Shown here in pieces: positions 48,923-51,214 of a stretch of 51,214 nt of DNA; the first letter of the stretch is position 1, and every line of letters begins with the position of its first letter. Source of the stretch: an uncultured Pirellulaceae bacterium. Lineage in GTDB: Bacteria > Planctomycetota > Planctomycetia > Pirellulales > Pirellulaceae. The stretch covers positions 18,883 to 70,096 of the forward strand of contig CAZQQR010000001.1 of the NCBI GenBank assembly GCA_964595515.1. Direction: 5' to 3'. A program made the translations under genes and the position numbers. The notes beneath the pieces are model-generated. The model worked only from the letters and a program-made list of their open reading frames with translations. It ran no database searches and had not been told where the DNA came from.

Positions 48923-51049
48923 CTACCGATTGAACTCCGCGCGAGGCTCTAACTCGCCCGATGCCTTTCTGACACTCCTGTCATGCATTCTCAGTTGTCG
49001 ATCTTCCGAAATCTGAGGAAGCTCTCTTACCCGAACGCGATCATGCTCTGCAAGATGTTCGATCAAGATACGACGTACTTCGAAAATTGCCGCTGGATTC
49101 TGATGGACTTCTTGATGTTCTGAGGCAACAAAAATTTCTGACTTGGCTGATTCATTGGCGGCGCTTTCCAATGATACGACTCCATCCCCCGAGTGATTCG
49201 AATCACTCGTTTTCGATTTAAAGAAACTGACTTTGTCCAATCGCCCAACGATATTGTGCATCGTGACTGAGTTATCAGGGCGAACCGCGTTGATGGCTTG
49301 GAAAATTGGATTTTCTGGCGCCAGCGAATCGATACTTGTCGCCGTCGTCAAGAATTTCGTGTTGTCTAGTTTGTCCGCGTTACGCCTGGCAATGGTCTCA
49401 AACTCACCGGTTACCAGTGCAGGTAAAGTGAACAGTTTGTGGCTGACCCAGCGAGCAGCCGCGTTGGCAAACTCGCTTCCTTGAAACGGCGTGGCAATGG
49501 TGACGACGCGATCAATCGAACGGTTGGGATGAAAGTAAAATGTTTCTTTAAGTTTGTTCAGTGACTCTTTGTCGCCTTCAAAAGAATCGATGGAACTTTC
49601 GCTCACGATTTTCCAAAAATGGTCGTTGCTTTCGACCGTTTGCATGAGCGAAACCAGTCCTCCCATGCTGTGCCCGACAAGCACCATTTGGTCAAGTGAT
49701 TTCGAGTCTCCACGAGGGTCCAGTTCTCTTTGGATCGCAGCAAGATCCCGCCGCATTTGCTGAGCCGATACCCAGAACGGTTGACCGGTTGGATAGGCGT
49801 AGAACCAAAATTGGTAGTTGTCTTGAATGTCCCGATTAGCGCGTAGGTCGTTGAACATGTGCAGCCACGTGAACGGACTGGACCAAAGCCCGTGGACCAT
49901 GACAACGGGGATCTTGTTGGGGTCATACGGTTCAAGCATGAACATCCCTTGCGATTCGACTGCGAAATCGGCATCCAGCAAACTGGCGGTTGCCAAAACG
50001 CCTTTGCTCAAAAGCGGATCTCGCAACGAATACGCGAGCGGCGTCGTGATGTCGCTTTCAAGAGGCACGCTGGTTGAACCTGCTTTGACGGTCGTTGTTT
50101 CAAGTGGATCGTAGAGCCGCAAAACCGCCTGCCGTCGCCCTGTTCTTTTTCGCGCAGACGGACCGTCTTCAAAGTGAACAAACGCGGTCATGGGCAGCGT
50201 TAATTCAGGTGGATAATACTTCTCAAACTCTGATTGGAATTCTTGTTGGGAACGAACGGCGATCAATGGCACGCCTAAACCATAAGTGTGATATTGGTTG
50301 TCGAGTCCGCTTGTTTGATAATCATGAGCCAACTCGAAACGATCAAACGTTTGATTTTCCCAACGTCCCTCAAGAGCAACGACAAACTCAATGCCCTGAG
50401 AGTCGGTGCCAACGGTGAACCGTTGTCCAGATCGAAAATTGGTTTCGCTGGTTGCTTCCCGGATAATAGATTCCAGTGATCGATTGTAGATGTCACAGAT
50501 ACTTCGAAACTGAGGGTCATAAGTGTTGCGGTTGATATCCAGTTTTTGATCAAACAAAAACTGATACGCATGAACGAGCGCGATCGAATACAGTCGAATG
50601 GCTCGAGCAGAATCTCCCGTTTCAACCGACCAGTTCGCCTGAAGTTCCGCGACTTCGGCCAGCCCATGGATTTCTTCCATGGTGGGTCGGCCTTGGGCAA
50701 GCTGTTCCAGCCAACGAATCACGGAATCTGGCTCCCGGTGATAGCGCTCGATCAGGTCATACTTTCGCATCAACAGTTGAGTTCGTTCCGAAGGTAGCGG
50801 GATTGTCTGGGCGATTCGGTTGACGAACCCGATGCCATGGTTCGGCTCAACCTGTTTGACGACGACAGTGGGACGACTTCCAATGCTCGCCAAAGCAGCC
50901 GTTCTGGCAACGAACCGTTCGTGAGTGACTTGGCATCCAGATATCGCCGCCGAGAAAATCGCAACGGTGGTGATGAAAATCAGATCCAATGACAGCGCAT
51001 ACTTCCGCCGATCAACGAAACGAATTCGATTTTCGGACCGAGCGGGCAT
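48923..51049 (-). CDS. Alpha/beta hydrolase (esterase/lipase-like), probable lipoprotein
   Basis: Lipobox-like ISGC, VVMVHGLWSS, VGHSMGG, IATPFQGS, GDGVVS, EHQEVH. Confidence 0.85.
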   Translation of the reverse strand: MPARSENRIRFVDRRKYALSLDLIFITTVAIFSAAISGCQVTHERFVARTAALASIGSRPTVVVKQVEPNHGIGFVNRIAQTIPLPSERTQLLMRKYDLIERYHREPDSVIRWLEQLAQGRPTMEEIHGLAEVAELQANWSVETGDSARAIRLYSIALVHAYQFLFDQKLDINRNTYDPQFRSICDIYNRSLESIIREATSETNFRSGQRFTVGTDSQGIEFVVALEGRWENQTFDRFELAHDYQTSGLDNQYHTYGLGVPLIAVRSQQEFQSEFEKYYPPELTLPMTAFVHFEDGPSARKRTGRRQAVLRLYDPLETTTVKAGSTSVPLESDITTPLAYSLRDPLLSKGVLATASLLDADFAVESQGMFMLEPYDPNKIPVVMVHGLWSSPFTWLHMFNDLRANRDIQDNYQFWFYAYPTGQPFWVSAQQMRRDLAAIQRELDPRGDSKSLDQMVLVGHSMGGLVSLMQTVESNDHFWKIVSESSIDSFEGDKESLNKLKETFYFHPNRSIDRVVTIATPFQGSEFANAAARWVSHKLFTLPALVTGEFETIARRNADKLDNTKFLTTATSIDSLAPENPIFQAINAVRPDNSVTMHNIVGRLDKVSFFKSKTSDSNHSGDGVVSLESAANESAKSEIFVASEHQEVHQNPAAIFEVRRILIEHLAEHDRVRVRELPQISEDRQLRMHDRSVRKASGELEPRAEFNR

Positions 51050-51093
51050 TCAACTTCCGGACTGTTTTCTGATTCGCAAAATGGTTCAGAATG

Positions 51094-51119
51094 GATGATT
51101 CAAAACAGATGATTCAAAA
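51094..51119. repeat. Direct repeat GATGATTCAAAA x2 upstream of the hydrolase gene
   Basis: Exact copies at 51094-51105 and 51108-51119, with degenerate copies just upstream. Confidence 0.65.
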
Positions 51120-51214
51120 TGTTGGTTAGCGCATAGCACGTCCCAAGCATATTGAGCGGACAAGTTGAAGATTCAGTCAGTCAGCGTCAACGGCACTACT
51201 GCTAGCGGACGTAT

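Overview
Ordinary chromosomal segment (roughly 48-50% GC, estimated by eye) of a planctomycete, probably Pirellulaceae. The assignment rests on a LEPRxLL-motif protein, a DUF6690-like protein, a NatB-CPBP fusion, PQQ-like beta-propeller and UVR-motif proteins, and archaeal-type methanopterin genes. About 40 CDS are supported. They include an msbA-like exporter, fabZ, a dnaA not linked to dnaN with degenerate DnaA boxes upstream, natAB, folE, glycosylasparaginase, dapA, pdxJ, a tetrahydromethanopterin precursor cluster (orf20-pabB-pabA-orf19-mptG), argE/argA, a TIGR03546/TIGR03545 pair, arfB and a sigma54-promoted, C-terminally extended csrA. The most interesting locus is a type I secretion system at 31965-40246. 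It consists of a small uncharacterised protein, a 1188-aa cargo (six ~110-aa repeats, a serralysin-type Zn protease and an RTX tail), an intrinsic terminator, an HlyB with a ~120-aa acidic N-terminal extension and a non-catalytic C39 domain, and an HlyD with a very basic N-terminus. Several intergenic regions carry GTAG-type REP/REPIN palindromes of at least three sequence families. No rRNA, tRNA, CRISPR array, transposase or integrase was recognised. All family assignments come from motif recognition and recall, not database searches.
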